NCBI GenBank assembly: GCA_050251945.1
Contig: JBFWLW010000010.1
Coordinates: 12,653 to 76,652 of the forward strand
From: Deferribacterales bacterium
GTDB taxonomy: Bacteria > Chrysiogenota > Deferribacteres > Deferribacterales > Geovibrionaceae
Length of the DNA: 64,000 bases
Direction of reading: 5' to 3'
Position numbers and translations under genes: made by a program. A model generated the notes under the pieces. The model was given only the letters and a program-made list of their open reading frames with translations, ran no database searches and had not been told where the DNA came from. This document shows positions 36,294 through 46,876 of the stretch, piece after piece; the first letter of the stretch is position 1; each line of letters begins with the position of its first letter.

Positions 36294-37146
36294 CGTTTCC
36301 GTTTTCGTCCATTATCTTTTTGAATCTTTTATGAAGCAGATACCACTGGTCGGGATATTTGCTTATGATATCCTCGTATACCCCGTTCACCCTGCGCGCA
36401 ACGTCGTATATTCGCTCCTTGGGCTTAAGGTTCATGTCGGGGGATATTCTCGGATATATAACCATCTTGTATGACTTTTCCGTGCGTATCAGAAATACGG
36501 GCTGAATGTCGGTGTTTCTGCGGACGGAGAGCATGGGGATGCCCTTTATGAATGTTGTGTTCAGTCCGAAAAAGGGAACGAAGATGCTGTCCTTCTGTAC
36601 AGCAGAATGATCCAGCAGTGAGCCGACGTTTATGCCCTTTCCCAGCAGTTCCGGCACCATTTCTGCGACGTATCTGTGACCTATGTGGATGAGACGGTCG
36701 TTCTCTCTCTGTCTTACAAGGAAATCGTTTATTCTGCTGTCTTTCATCTTCCGTCCGATTACGCCGCACTTTGTATCGAACAGGATAGTGAAGAAAATAG
36801 CGGAAAGCTCCCAGCAGCCTATGTGGGCACCGATCAGGAAATAGCTTTTGGCAGTGTTGATTGATGCGCCGCCGACATATTCGACCTCTATTTCGTCAGC
36901 CATCCCGGGTTTTATCCTGTGGCTGTACATTGATTCTGCAAATGTTGCGAAACTGTGCCTGAAGGAGCTTTTTGCGACCGCTTTCGGGTCTTTGGCTCCG
37001 ATAACTTCAGCGTTCTTTTCCGCAACTTTCCGGCGTGACGGGCTGGCATAATAATAAAGCGTTCCGAATGCCATGCCTATCCGGCGCAGGTTTCTGAAGG
37101 ACAGCAGGGATGACAGTGCGAAAAGAAGTCTAACCAGCGGATACAC
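36271..37146 (-). CDS. Lipid A late acyltransferase (LpxL/HtrB family)
   Basis: AHIGCWEL, LLDH, FVPFFG, YPDQWYLLHKRFK; downstream of waaA. Confidence 0.88.
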   Translation of the reverse strand: MYPLVRLLFALSSLLSFRNLRRIGMAFGTLYYYASPSRRKVAEKNAEVIGAKDPKAVAKSSFRHSFATFAESMYSHRIKPGMADEIEVEYVGGASINTAKSYFLIGAHIGCWELSAIFFTILFDTKCGVIGRKMKDSRINDFLVRQRENDRLIHIGHRYVAEMVPELLGKGINVGSLLDHSAVQKDSIFVPFFGLNTTFIKGIPMLSVRRNTDIQPVFLIRTEKSYKMVIYPRISPDMNLKPKERIYDVARRVNGVYEDIISKYPDQWYLLHKRFKKIMDENGNVTDTFYR

Positions 37147-38353
37147 TTGTCACCACCTCTTTTATTTTCGCCATTATGCCTTTCTGCTGTGTGTCGATTT
37201 CGCTGAAAAAGCCTTTGAAGTCCGCTTCGTCCAGCGGTGACGTGATATAGAGGGATATATCGTCAGCGTTGCCGACTGTTACAGCAGCATTGTATTTTGC
37301 CGCCATTGAAAAAATCTCTCTGAAATTTGCCATATTGGAACCCACGCAGACCTGTTTTTCAAACATTGCCGCCTCGTAAATATTGTGTCCGCCGGTATTG
37401 TCCAGCGAGCCGCCTACGAATATTCTGTCGGACATTGCGTAAAGCTCGTCCAGCGTTCCGAATCTGTCTGAAACTATGACCAGAGTATCGGGATTTTGTT
37501 CTGTCAGCCTGCTGACGGTCAGTCCCGCTTTTTCCGCAAGGATAACAACGTCGCCCACGCGGTTCATGTGTCGGGGCGCGATGACGAGCCTGCCGTCGTA
37601 GCCGCTCTTTTTAAAGGCTTCGATTATGATATCCTCTTCGCCTCTGTGGGTGCTTGCTGCGGAAAATATCTTATATCCTCGGAGATACGCGTATTCTTTC
37701 GGTTCCGGTTTCGGTTTGCGCGTCTGAAATTTTATATTGCCCAGTGTCTCTATGTTTTCCTCTGTGCCTGTAACGGCGGTGAATCTGATTGTGTCTTCAG
37801 GGCTTTTCGTATAGATGGTCTGAAATTTCCTGAGAAGCGGTGCGAACACGAAGCGGAAGCGGACGTAGCTTTTTGCGCTCCGGTCTGACATTCTGGCGTT
37901 AAGCATGAACAGTTTCGTGTGTTTTGCCGCGGAGTTTATCAGATTGTACCACAGTTCAGTGTCGATGATTATGAGCGCCCGTACGTTCATGTAATGGATA
38001 ATGTGCGCCACTGCCAGCGAGTTTTCGATGGGCAGAAGAAAGGCGTGATAAGGCAGAATGATCCGCTGTGCCTCCTGTTTGCCTGTGGCTGTTGTGGTGC
38101 TTACTATTATTCTGAGGTCGGGGAAATCCGACTTTATCATATCTGTGATCAGTTTGAGACTGCGCACTTCGCCGACGCTTGCGCAGTGGAACCAGATGCT
38201 TTTTGAGGTCGGTTCGGGAAATGTGACAAATCCCAGCCGTTCAAAGAAATCGCCGTCCTCTTTTTTCTTAAGGGCAATGAGATACCCTATCGGCATCAGA
38301 AAGGGGATAAGGATGAAAAGTATTATGTTATAAAATATTTTTACAATCAGCAC
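37130..38353 (-). CDS. waaA: Kdo transferase
   Basis: IWFHCASVGE, NARMSDRS, ASTHRGEE, APRH, FVGGSL..GGHN. Confidence 0.94.
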   Translation of the reverse strand: MLIVKIFYNIILFILIPFLMPIGYLIALKKKEDGDFFERLGFVTFPEPTSKSIWFHCASVGEVRSLKLITDMIKSDFPDLRIIVSTTTATGKQEAQRIILPYHAFLLPIENSLAVAHIIHYMNVRALIIIDTELWYNLINSAAKHTKLFMLNARMSDRSAKSYVRFRFVFAPLLRKFQTIYTKSPEDTIRFTAVTGTEENIETLGNIKFQTRKPKPEPKEYAYLRGYKIFSAASTHRGEEDIIIEAFKKSGYDGRLVIAPRHMNRVGDVVILAEKAGLTVSRLTEQNPDTLVIVSDRFGTLDELYAMSDRIFVGGSLDNTGGHNIYEAAMFEKQVCVGSNMANFREIFSMAAKYNAAVTVGNADDISLYITSPLDEADFKGFFSEIDTQQKGIMAKIKEVVTSVSAG

Positions 38354-38957
38354 TTGTTGCTTCCATCATTTTTTTCTGCACTTCGGAAAGTTCCGCGTCA
38401 GTGGTCTCTTTGTCAAGAGAGTCTGAAACGTAAATCGGTTCGGCAAACGTCAGGGTTATGCGCGAAAAAGGTTTGGGTATGATAAGATTGTCCCAGCTTC
38501 GTGTCCGCCAGAATCTTTTGCAGTCCATCATGATCGGGACAATAATTCTGTCCGATTTTTTTGCCAGATACAGCCCGCCTGCTTTCACCTGATATTTCGG
38601 ACCTTTCGGACCGTCCGCAGCCATAGCCCCGTGCCACCCTTTTTCCATCCACCTGAGCATTTCAAGAGTGCCTGCCGCCGCACCCTTTGAAGATGATGCG
38701 CGCACAACTTTGTTATTGCCCATCGCCTCCGCCACAGGTGCGAAGAGATCTCCGTCTTTGCTTCTGGATATCATCGTAACAAATTTATATTTTTTGTTTT
38801 TAAAACCGACTATTCCTATAAGCTGATTGTGCCACACCAGAAAAACAGCTCTTTTGTTTTCTGTCAGCTTATCGAACTCTTTGAGTCCTTTGCAACTGTA
38901 TCTGAAAGTGGACAGGTACATCTTAACAAGTATTTTAACAAGAAATACTTTTATCAT
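38328..38957 (-). CDS. DUF374 / lysophospholipid acyltransferase-family protein
   Basis: VWHNQ, MISRSKDGD, ASSSKG, DGPKGP, SWD...PKPFS. Confidence 0.85.
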   Translation of the reverse strand: MIKVFLVKILVKMYLSTFRYSCKGLKEFDKLTENKRAVFLVWHNQLIGIVGFKNKKYKFVTMISRSKDGDLFAPVAEAMGNNKVVRASSSKGAAAGTLEMLRWMEKGWHGAMAADGPKGPKYQVKAGGLYLAKKSDRIIVPIMMDCKRFWRTRSWDNLIIPKPFSRITLTFAEPIYVSDSLDKETTDAELSEVQKKMMEATSADCKNIL

Positions 38958-39043
38958 ATCCGCACAATATATGAATGCACACGGCTATGCAAATACAATT
39001 TTTCTGTTGCACCTGTTCAGTGGGAAATGGTAAAAACCATGTT

Positions 39044-39574
39044 ATGGAAATCAGAGGCACAACCGTTATAGCGGTAAAAAAAGACGGAAAGACCGCCATT
39101 GGTGCGGACGGACAGGTGACATTCGGAAACACTGTGCTTAAGCACAATGCGAAGAAGGTCAGGAAGGTTTACAACAACAAGGTTCTCTGCGGGTTCGCGG
39201 GGTCAACTGCGGACGCTTTCACCCTTATGGAGCGGTTCGAGGCAAAGCTTGAACAGCACGGCGGGCAGCTTCTGCGCGCGGCGGTGGAACTTGCCAAGGA
39301 CTGGCGCACCGACAGATATCTGCGCAAACTGGAAGCAATGATGGTGGTGGCCGACGGCAAAGAACTTTATATTATTACAGGCAACGGAGACGTTGTTGAA
39401 CCGCAGAAAGGAGTGGCGGCAATAGGTTCCGGCGGACCCTACGCGCAGGCGGCTGCAACGGCTCTCTCCGAAAATACCGAACTTTCCGCATTGCAGATTG
39501 TCGAAAAGGCACTGCGTATAGCTGCGGATATCTGCATATATACGAACGACAACCTGACCATTGAGGAGATCTAG
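39044..39574 (+). CDS. hslV: ATP-dependent protease subunit HslV
   Basis: [36 protein letters not shown]. Confidence 0.97.
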   Translation: MEIRGTTVIAVKKDGKTAIGADGQVTFGNTVLKHNAKKVRKVYNNKVLCGFAGSTADAFTLMERFEAKLEQHGGQLLRAAVELAKDWRTDRYLRKLEAMMVVADGKELYIITGNGDVVEPQKGVAAIGSGGPYAQAAATALSENTELSALQIVEKALRIAADICIYTNDNLTIEEI

Positions 39575-40893
39575 TGGAAGACTACACCCCAAAAAAGATA
39601 GTTGAAGAACTCGATAAGTATGTGGTGGGGCAGCATAATGCCAAAAAGGCGGTCGCCATCGCCCTGAGAAACAGATACAGAAGAATGCAGCTGCCGAAGG
39701 CAATTCAGGAAGAGATAGCTCCGAAAAACATAATTCTCATCGGACCCACCGGCGTCGGAAAGACAGAAGTGGCGCGAAGACTTGCCAAGCTGGCAAAATC
39801 CCCGTTCATAAAGGTTGAGGCGAGTAAATACACCGAAGTGGGATACGTCGGGCGCGACGTTGAAAGCATGGTGCGCGACCTGATGGAGATAGCCGTCGGC
39901 ATGGTTCGCGACGAAAAGAAAACGTCTGTCATGGACAAAGCGAAGCTGAACGCAGAGGAGAGACTTCTCGATCTGCTCATTCCGCCCACGACAGGCTTTG
40001 CGGAACAGGAGACGGGAACGCGTGAAAAATTCCGCGTGAAACTTCGAGACGGCGACCTTGAAGACCGTATAGTCGAAGTGGATGTTGAGGACGCGGCTCC
40101 AAATGTTGAGGTATTTACGAATATCGGCATGGAGGATATGTCCTCCGGCATTTCGGACATGATGAAAAACATCTTTCCTGTGAAAAAACGTAAAAGAAAG
40201 ATGAAGATCAGCGAGGCTCGCGGTATACTTGAAATGCAGGAATCGGCGCGCCTTATAGATATGGATGACGTTAAAGACGTCGCCAGACAGAGGGTGCAGC
40301 AGAGCGGCATTATTTTTCTGGACGAGATTGATAAGATATGCGCATCTGCTTCGTCCGGTGCAAAGGGCGGCGACATCTCCCGCGAAGGGGTGCAGCGCGA
40401 CCTTCTGCCCATCGTCGAAGGTTCCAACGTGAACACGAAATACGGCATGGTGCGTACGGATCATATACTTTTTATAGCGGCAGGTGCTTTCCACACCGCA
40501 AAACCTACAGACCTTATCCCCGAGCTTCAGGGACGTTTCCCTATCAGGGTTGAGCTTGAACCGCTGACAGCGGAAGATTTCATCCGCATACTGAAAGAAC
40601 CGCAGAACAGCCTCACAAAGCAGTACAGCTCGCTTCTCGGCGCAGACGGCGTTGATGTGGAGTTTACCGAAGACGGCATCGAACGCATAGCGCAGATGGC
40701 GGACGAACTTAACCGCTCTCTGGAAAACATCGGTGCAAGAAGACTTTATACCATAGTTGAAAAATTGCTTGAGGAAGTTTCCTACGAAGCTCCGGAGATT
40801 GAGTGCAGGAAGATTACCGTGGATGCGGCATACGTTGACGGGCATCTTGCGGAAATAGTTAAGGACAGAGATCTCAGCAGATATGTGCTGTAA
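39574..40893 (+). CDS. hslU: ATP-dependent protease ATPase HslU
   Basis: [49 protein letters not shown]. Confidence 0.98.
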   Translation: MEDYTPKKIVEELDKYVVGQHNAKKAVAIALRNRYRRMQLPKAIQEEIAPKNIILIGPTGVGKTEVARRLAKLAKSPFIKVEASKYTEVGYVGRDVESMVRDLMEIAVGMVRDEKKTSVMDKAKLNAEERLLDLLIPPTTGFAEQETGTREKFRVKLRDGDLEDRIVEVDVEDAAPNVEVFTNIGMEDMSSGISDMMKNIFPVKKRKRKMKISEARGILEMQESARLIDMDDVKDVARQRVQQSGIIFLDEIDKICASASSGAKGGDISREGVQRDLLPIVEGSNVNTKYGMVRTDHILFIAAGAFHTAKPTDLIPELQGRFPIRVELEPLTAEDFIRILKEPQNSLTKQYSSLLGADGVDVEFTEDGIERIAQMADELNRSLENIGARRLYTIVEKLLEEVSYEAPEIECRKITVDAAYVDGHLAEIVKDRDLSRYVL

Positions 40894-40904
40894 TTTTTAA
40901 TATA

Positions 40905-40982
40905 AAATCCCTCCAAACCTCCCTTTTATAAAGGGAGGCTTAAATGCTCCCTCCTTTGACAAAGGAGGGTTGGGGTGGATTT
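40905..40982. repeat. Second palindrome family (CCCTCCTTT..AAAGGAGGG), inverted pair
   Basis: AAATCCCTCCAAACCTCCCTTT-TAT-AAAGGGAGG and CCCTCCTTT-GAC-AAAGGAGGGTTGGGGTGGATTT; recurs at 44385-44484 and 63793-63875. Confidence 0.85.
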
Positions 40983-41018
40983 TCTTATAATAGCTAACTA
41001 ACACCGAGGTATAAATTA

Positions 41019-42623
41019 ATGAAGAAACTGATATTTATTCTGGTTCTGATGATTCCTCTGGCGGCTTTTGCCAGATTTGAAAAACTGGTCAGCGACATAG
41101 ATGTTATGTTTGCCAAGATGTCCGGATACGTTGTCAGCTCCGAAGGAGATGCCGTTTACACAGACCTTGGCAGGGACAAGGGCGTTTATAACGGTATGAC
41201 CCTGAAAGTATACAGAGAGAACGAACCCATTATCCATCCCATCACAGGTGAGGTTCTGGGCAATAAGAAACTTTACGTCGGCGACCTTAAGATAACCGAC
41301 GTTCAGGAAAAATTCTCTTCCGGTGTCATGACTGTTCAGCAGAGAGCGCCGCAGAAAGGCGATATAGCAATAGTCACTCCTCCGGTGGATGTTACTGTCA
41401 GCATAGAGGAGATGCCTAAACGTCTCGACGTGCTTCTGCGCGAGGATCTCAGCAAGGCGAACAATATCGTTGTAAAAGATAAGGCAAGACTTGGAATCAC
41501 CTTTACCCAGAAGGAAGAAGGCGGTATCGAATATAAGATAACCGATTCTGTGAACAAGACGGTAATCTATTCAAAATACTTCTCTGACGTTGATACGCAG
41601 GAAGGGCAGAACATGAACGCCGCAAAGGATATCGTCACCGGCAATCCTATCGACAAAGCATACAAAAGCATGGCAGTCGGACATATCAAAAAAGACGACA
41701 AAATATACATAGTGACTGCAACAGAAAAGGCAGTTGACTTTTATACCTTCGACGGCAAAGGTTTCAAGCCTGCGGGTTCTATTGATGCGAAACTCAGAGA
41801 CATCCAGCACGTTGAGGTTGCTGACCTGAACGGTAACGGTATTGAAGAGATATTCGTTGTTACTGTAGTTGACGATCAATATGTGAAAACTAAAGTTTTT
41901 GAGTTTGACGGTAATAAATTCAAAGAGACCGAAGACAATATTCCCTTCATCCTGCGTACTGCATATGTGAAAGGTGTAAAGAAAATAGTTGCACAGCGCA
42001 TCGGACAGGACGGAACCTATCTCGGCAACGTTCAGGAGCTTGTGTGGCGCGACGGAAAATATGAAAGAGGTCAGGTTGTTTCTCCCGCTAAAGGCATTAA
42101 TATTTATGGCTTCGGATACGCGGATATTGACGGTGACGGAACCGACGAGGTCTTTAATATAAACGAAGATTACAAAATTGACGTTTACAACGGTTCTGCC
42201 AGAAAATACACCTCTGTTGAGGAGTTCGGACAGACGCCTTATTACTTCACCATGGAAATGGAGAAAGAGGATCAGTTTAAAACAACTGAAAACGACGACC
42301 CGTTCATTACTGAAAAGAACAAAAAATACATCAAGGGAAGGGTCTTTGTTAACTCCGACGGCAATATATACGTTGTGAAAAACTCTGAAAAATATAAGAT
42401 GCTGAATAAGATGAAGGTCTACGGTTCTTCATACTTCACCATCTTTGGATGGGACGGCAGAAGACTGCGTCAGGTATGGTCTTCCGATGTGTTCCAGCCC
42501 GTCATAGTTGACTATTTCATGTACGAGGAGTTCGGCAGAACCTATCTGTTCATGCTCAGAAACTATTCAGACGGTATATTCAGCGGCGACAGGTCGGAAC
42601 TTATATATATAGAAACAAAATAA
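41019..42623 (+). CDS. Exported protein with FG-GAP/VCBS-like repeats
   Basis: Signal peptide; IIHPITGEVLG motif; VADLNGNGIEEI and ADIDGDGTDEV Ca-binding-type repeats. Confidence 0.75.
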   Translation: MKKLIFILVLMIPLAAFARFEKLVSDIDVMFAKMSGYVVSSEGDAVYTDLGRDKGVYNGMTLKVYRENEPIIHPITGEVLGNKKLYVGDLKITDVQEKFSSGVMTVQQRAPQKGDIAIVTPPVDVTVSIEEMPKRLDVLLREDLSKANNIVVKDKARLGITFTQKEEGGIEYKITDSVNKTVIYSKYFSDVDTQEGQNMNAAKDIVTGNPIDKAYKSMAVGHIKKDDKIYIVTATEKAVDFYTFDGKGFKPAGSIDAKLRDIQHVEVADLNGNGIEEIFVVTVVDDQYVKTKVFEFDGNKFKETEDNIPFILRTAYVKGVKKIVAQRIGQDGTYLGNVQELVWRDGKYERGQVVSPAKGINIYGFGYADIDGDGTDEVFNINEDYKIDVYNGSARKYTSVEEFGQTPYYFTMEMEKEDQFKTTENDDPFITEKNKKYIKGRVFVNSDGNIYVVKNSEKYKMLNKMKVYGSSYFTIFGWDGRRLRQVWSSDVFQPVIVDYFMYEEFGRTYLFMLRNYSDGIFSGDRSELIYIETK

Positions 42624-42902
42624 GAGAAATGGATTTTTCTAAAGTTTATATAGATATAGGCGATTGTGTAAAAACAGTTCGGATGTTTGACAATTTAACG
42701 GTTTATTTCCGGTTTAACCCAATAGTTAATGCTTTGTACGAGAAATATGCGGAAGTGATTGACAAAAAACGCACATTTTTTTGACTTGCGTTTAAGTCGT
42801 TTTGGGTTTAAATATGCTTTCGCGGATGTTTCGACAGTTGACAGAGAACACTTTTCCGGTTAACTATGTGCTGGTTAAAGTAAAAAAAAAGTTGTTTTGA
42901 TG

Positions 42903-42931
42903 TTGACACGGCAATTTTTGCGTGGTAGCAT
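42903..42931 (+). promoter_or_regulatory. sigma70-type promoter of the porin gene
   Basis: TTGACA-17 nt-TAGCAT with extended -10 TG. Confidence 0.65.
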
Positions 42932-43024
42932 CTAAACGATTATAATAGTAGCGGTAACCCCGCAGGCTAAGAGAACAAAAGGTTACCAAAGACCTTTAAA
43001 GTAAAACCTACAGGAGGAAATGAT

Positions 43025-44227
43025 ATGAGGAAACTTTTAGTGGCTCTCATGATGGTAGCTTTCGCAGCTACAGCTTTCGCAGCTGATATTACATTCAGCG
43101 GTTCTTATGAAGTTGACGGTAAATACGAGAAGAACTACAATCTTGCAAGTGAAGATGTAGGCACAAGCCAGTACTATGAGCATGACTTCGACCTTTGGAT
43201 GAATGTTCAGACTGACAAAGACACATTCTTCAAAACAAAACTTGAACTGCTCGATGGTGACTGGGTTTCTTCTGCCGGCGGCAAAGACTCTGTTTACCAA
43301 GACAGCGACCACACTCAGTTCTCTGTACAGAGAGCTTGGCTCGGTCACAAATTCGACGGCGTACTTGTTGAAGCTGGTCTTATGAACTCCGGTACATGGG
43401 GTTATGCTTTCGCTGACGACGCTGAAGGCAACTACAGAGTTAAAGCTACTTTCGACGTAGCCGGCGGCAAACTTTCCATCCTCACTCAGAAATCTGCTGA
43501 GCTGAGCGACGGAACTAAAGATTCCAACAAAGATGACTCCGATAAATACTCTATCGGCTACAAAGGCACTTTCGGCGGAATCCTTGTTGCTCCTAAACTT
43601 GACTATGACATCAAATCAAACTCTGATGTTGACGGCGGCTTCGATGGAAAAGACACAAAAGTTCTTGACCTTGACGTAGCAGCCGGCGGCAAATTCGGTG
43701 CTATCAACCTTGAAACTGAGTTCAAATACAGCAACATCACTTATGCTGATGAAGTTGCAAGCACAACTCAGCAAGACTATGACCTTTTCGGTATCTACGC
43801 TAACGTTAACTATAACTACGGCGCAGGCGTTGTAGGTTTCCTGACTGCTTACGGTTCAGCTGACAAAGACGCTCAGAAAGGTTTCGACTTTGACGACGAC
43901 TTCGACTCAACTTTCATCCTTGGTGATGATCTTGGTCTTGGCGGCGGCGATGACCTTACTGGTTTCTGGGCAAACGCTCTGTACGCAACTTACGATGTTA
44001 ACGAAAAACTTAACCTGATGGGTAAAATTGCTTATGCAACTTCTAACTGGGAAGACAACGCCCTTGAAGATGCATCTGCATGGGAAATTGACGGTGCTGC
44101 TACTTACGCAATCACAAAAGAACTTAGCTACTACTTCAACGTAGGTTACGCTATGGTTGACCTTGATGCATCTGAAGATCCCGACGATCTTATCCTTGTT
44201 AAACACGGTCTGATCCTTAGCTTCTAA
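43025..44227 (+). CDS. Major outer-membrane porin-like beta-barrel protein
   Basis: Signal peptide (ATAFA), alternating beta-strands, C-terminal Phe, strong high-expression codon bias, SD AGGAGG. Confidence 0.85.
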   Translation: MRKLLVALMMVAFAATAFAADITFSGSYEVDGKYEKNYNLASEDVGTSQYYEHDFDLWMNVQTDKDTFFKTKLELLDGDWVSSAGGKDSVYQDSDHTQFSVQRAWLGHKFDGVLVEAGLMNSGTWGYAFADDAEGNYRVKATFDVAGGKLSILTQKSAELSDGTKDSNKDDSDKYSIGYKGTFGGILVAPKLDYDIKSNSDVDGGFDGKDTKVLDLDVAAGGKFGAINLETEFKYSNITYADEVASTTQQDYDLFGIYANVNYNYGAGVVGFLTAYGSADKDAQKGFDFDDDFDSTFILGDDLGLGGGDDLTGFWANALYATYDVNEKLNLMGKIAYATSNWEDNALEDASAWEIDGAATYAITKELSYYFNVGYAMVDLDASEDPDDLILVKHGLILSF

Positions 44228-44248
44228 TCACTAACGTGATTCAAATAG

Positions 44249-44280
44249 AAAGGCTCGTCAATGCGACGAGCCTTTTTTTT
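44249..44280 (+). terminator. Intrinsic terminator after porin
   Basis: AAAGGCTCGTC-AATGC-GACGAGCCTTT plus T8. Confidence 0.9.
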
Positions 44281-44345
44281 GCGCTTTTTGCTGTTTTAAC
44301 CTTCGCACTTCTGCGTTGTCTCAACCGTGAAAACGAAAGCAAACA

Positions 44346-44484
44346 GTCTCTGCGAGGAGCGGAGCGACGCGGCAGTCTCATCTTCTCCCCCTCCTTTAAC
44401 AAAGGAGGGTTGGGGTGGATTTTGTTTTACAGTGCTGTAGGAAATCAAATCCCTCCAAACCTCCCTTTGTCTAAAGGGAGGCTT
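44346..44484. repeat. Composite repeat cluster: one GTC-tagged monomer plus a pair of second-family palindromes
   Basis: GTCTCTGCGAGG..CGCGGCAGTCTCA (44346-44380); palindromes at 44385-44422 and 44447-44484. Confidence 0.85.
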
Positions 44485-44577
44485 AGCTCTAAAATGCATC
44501 ATTATTTGTGGGATACGAGCTAAACAGCAACCCAAGAAACAAAGTGACGTAATCTCTTGATTATGCTATCTTATGCC

Positions 44578-45228
44578 ATGCTTGAAATAATTAATCTCAA
44601 TAAAACATTTGGTAAGGGTGAATCGGCTATACATGTTCTGAACTGCTTTAATATGACCGTTGCACAGGGCGAACGCGTGGCAATTGTCGGACAGTCCGGC
44701 GCAGGGAAATCCACTCTTCTTCAAATTATCGGCGGGCTTGATGCAGCCGACAGCGGAATAATAAGCTTTAAGAATGAGAACATATTCGATAAAAAGGGCA
44801 AAGAGCTGGACAGATACCGCAATCGTGAGGTCGGGTTCGTGTTCCAGTTTCATTACCTTCTGGATGATTTCACCGCACTGGAAAACGTTATGATGCCTGC
44901 TCTGATCGCGGGTGAGGACACTGCGGAGAACAGAGGATACGCTAAGTCGCTTCTCGCACGTTTCGGGCTTTCAGACAGGGAGACACATTTTCCTTCACAG
45001 CTTTCAGGCGGTGAGCAGCAGAGAACCGCACTGGCAAGGGCGCTGATGAACAGACCTTCGATGATACTGGCGGACGAACCGACAGGCAGTCTGGACAAAA
45101 AAAACAGCGAGGAAGTGTTATCAATGTTTGATTCTCTGAAAAATGATGGTATTACTGTATTAATAGTTACTCACGATGATGAAATTGCAAAATCGTGCGA
45201 CCGTATTGTGAAAATGGAGAAGGCATGA
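44578..45228 (+). CDS. lolD: LolD-like ABC transporter ATP-binding protein
   Basis: GQSGAGKST, GFVFQFHYLL.DFTALENVMMP, LSGGEQQR, ADEPTG.LD. Confidence 0.8.
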   Translation: MLEIINLNKTFGKGESAIHVLNCFNMTVAQGERVAIVGQSGAGKSTLLQIIGGLDAADSGIISFKNENIFDKKGKELDRYRNREVGFVFQFHYLLDDFTALENVMMPALIAGEDTAENRGYAKSLLARFGLSDRETHFPSQLSGGEQQRTALARALMNRPSMILADEPTGSLDKKNSEEVLSMFDSLKNDGITVLIVTHDDEIAKSCDRIVKMEKA

Positions 45229-46016
45229 CAAAGATCGGCATAATCGGCGGAAGCGGACTTTATGAGATCGAAGGCTTTGAATTTATTGAAGAAGTGAAGG
45301 TATCCACTGAATACGGTGATCCGTCCGACAGCTACAGATTTTTCAGATACGGTGAGCTTGAACTCTTTTTTCTTAACAGACATGGCAGAAACCATTCATA
45401 TCCTCCCCATCTGGTGAATTACAGAGCTAACATCGACGGTTTTTCGCAGATAGGCGTTAAAGCAATATTCGGTTTCACAGCCACAGGCGGCATAAGCAAA
45501 GACTTCAGACCGGGGGATATTATTATTCCCGACAACGGGATAGACTTTACTAACGGTCGGAAACATACATATTTTGAAGAGAATAATGTACATCACATAG
45601 ATTTTACGGAGCCTTTCTGCATTGACCTGCGCAAAATTATGTTTGATGCGGCGGAGCGTGCAAACGTTCCCGTATGCAGAACAGGAACATACATCTGTAC
45701 AAACGGACCCCGGCTTGAAACGGCGGCGGAGATACGCGCTTTTGACAGGATGGGAGCAGACCTTGTGGGAATGACGCTTTTTCCGGAGTGTTCACTGGCG
45801 CGGGAAAAAGAGATATGCTATGCAAATATCAGTGTGATAACAAACTTTGCGGCGGGAACGACAACACAGAAGCTCACGTCCGACGAGGTTGTTGCTGAAA
45901 TGGGCAAGGCAGGAGAAAAGCTTAAAAGACTGATGAGAAATCTGCCCGCGAGCTATACCGGTGAACGCACATGCGGATGCGTTAACGCACTTGAAGGCAC
46001 GAAGATAAGCAAATGA
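45225..46016 (+). CDS. mtnP: S-methyl-5'-thioadenosine/thioinosine phosphorylase (MTAP family)
   Basis: IGIIGGSGLY, RHG..H..PPH.VNYRANI, GPRLET.AEI, VGMT..PE..LARE. ITN motif leaves the substrate (MTA vs MTI) open. Confidence 0.85.
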   Translation: MTKIGIIGGSGLYEIEGFEFIEEVKVSTEYGDPSDSYRFFRYGELELFFLNRHGRNHSYPPHLVNYRANIDGFSQIGVKAIFGFTATGGISKDFRPGDIIIPDNGIDFTNGRKHTYFEENNVHHIDFTEPFCIDLRKIMFDAAERANVPVCRTGTYICTNGPRLETAAEIRAFDRMGADLVGMTLFPECSLAREKEICYANISVITNFAAGTTTQKLTSDEVVAEMGKAGEKLKRLMRNLPASYTGERTCGCVNALEGTKISK

Positions 46017-46876
46017 CGATACAGACCGATGTTGTTTTAAGAGATCATTGCAGTTACAGAACAGGCGGTGCGGCGGAGTTTTATGCCGCAGTGCAGACGG
46101 ACGGCGACCTTGCGCAAGCGCTTGAATTTGCCGCAGAAAAAAAACTTGAGATAACGGTTATCGGCGGCGGATACAACGTGCTGATAAACGATAAGGGCGT
46201 TAAGGGGCTGGTGATAAACACCGCCGGACTTAACTGCCATACGGTGATAAACGGTACGGCAGTATATGCCGGAGCCGGCTTTGTTATCGACGAGCTGGCG
46301 GCAGAGACCGTTTCACGAGGGCTGGGCGGCATGGAAGACATGTCGGGAATTCCCGGCTGTGTTGGCGGTGCGGTCAAAATGAACGCCGGAGCATTTTCAA
46401 CAGAGATAAAAGATATCGCCGTCTATGTGGACATGATGGACTTTGACGGCAGAACATACAGGGTTTCAAACGCGGACGCAGGGTTCGGATACAGAAAGGC
46501 TGACGGGCTTCACGGTATAGTCCTCGGCGCTATGTTCGGGCTGAAAAAAGCTGATGCGGAGGAACTTAAAAACAAACGTGCTGAGATACTTGCAAGAAGA
46601 GAGGAGAAACAGCCGCTGCATCTTCCCTCCTGCGGGTCGGTCTTTAAAAGACCGGAAGGCAATTATGCCGGAACTCTCATTGAAAAGTGCGGGCTGAAAG
46701 GATACCGGATAGGCGGAGCGCAGGTTGCGGAAAAACACGCAAACTTCATACTGAACACTGGCGGTGCCACCGCAGATGACATATACAGGCTGATAAAGCA
46801 CGTGCAGGACACTGTTGAGAAACAGACAGGAGTCAGGCTTGAAAAAGAGGTCAGATTCATTGGTTTTGAAGAATAA
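46013..46876 (+). CDS. murB: UDP-N-acetylenolpyruvoylglucosamine reductase
   Basis: GIPG.VGGAVKMNAGA, FGYR, QP...PSCGSVFKRP, KHANFI, LEKEV. Confidence 0.96.
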   Translation: MTIQTDVVLRDHCSYRTGGAAEFYAAVQTDGDLAQALEFAAEKKLEITVIGGGYNVLINDKGVKGLVINTAGLNCHTVINGTAVYAGAGFVIDELAAETVSRGLGGMEDMSGIPGCVGGAVKMNAGAFSTEIKDIAVYVDMMDFDGRTYRVSNADAGFGYRKADGLHGIVLGAMFGLKKADAEELKNKRAEILARREEKQPLHLPSCGSVFKRPEGNYAGTLIEKCGLKGYRIGGAQVAEKHANFILNTGGATADDIYRLIKHVQDTVEKQTGVRLEKEVRFIGFEE

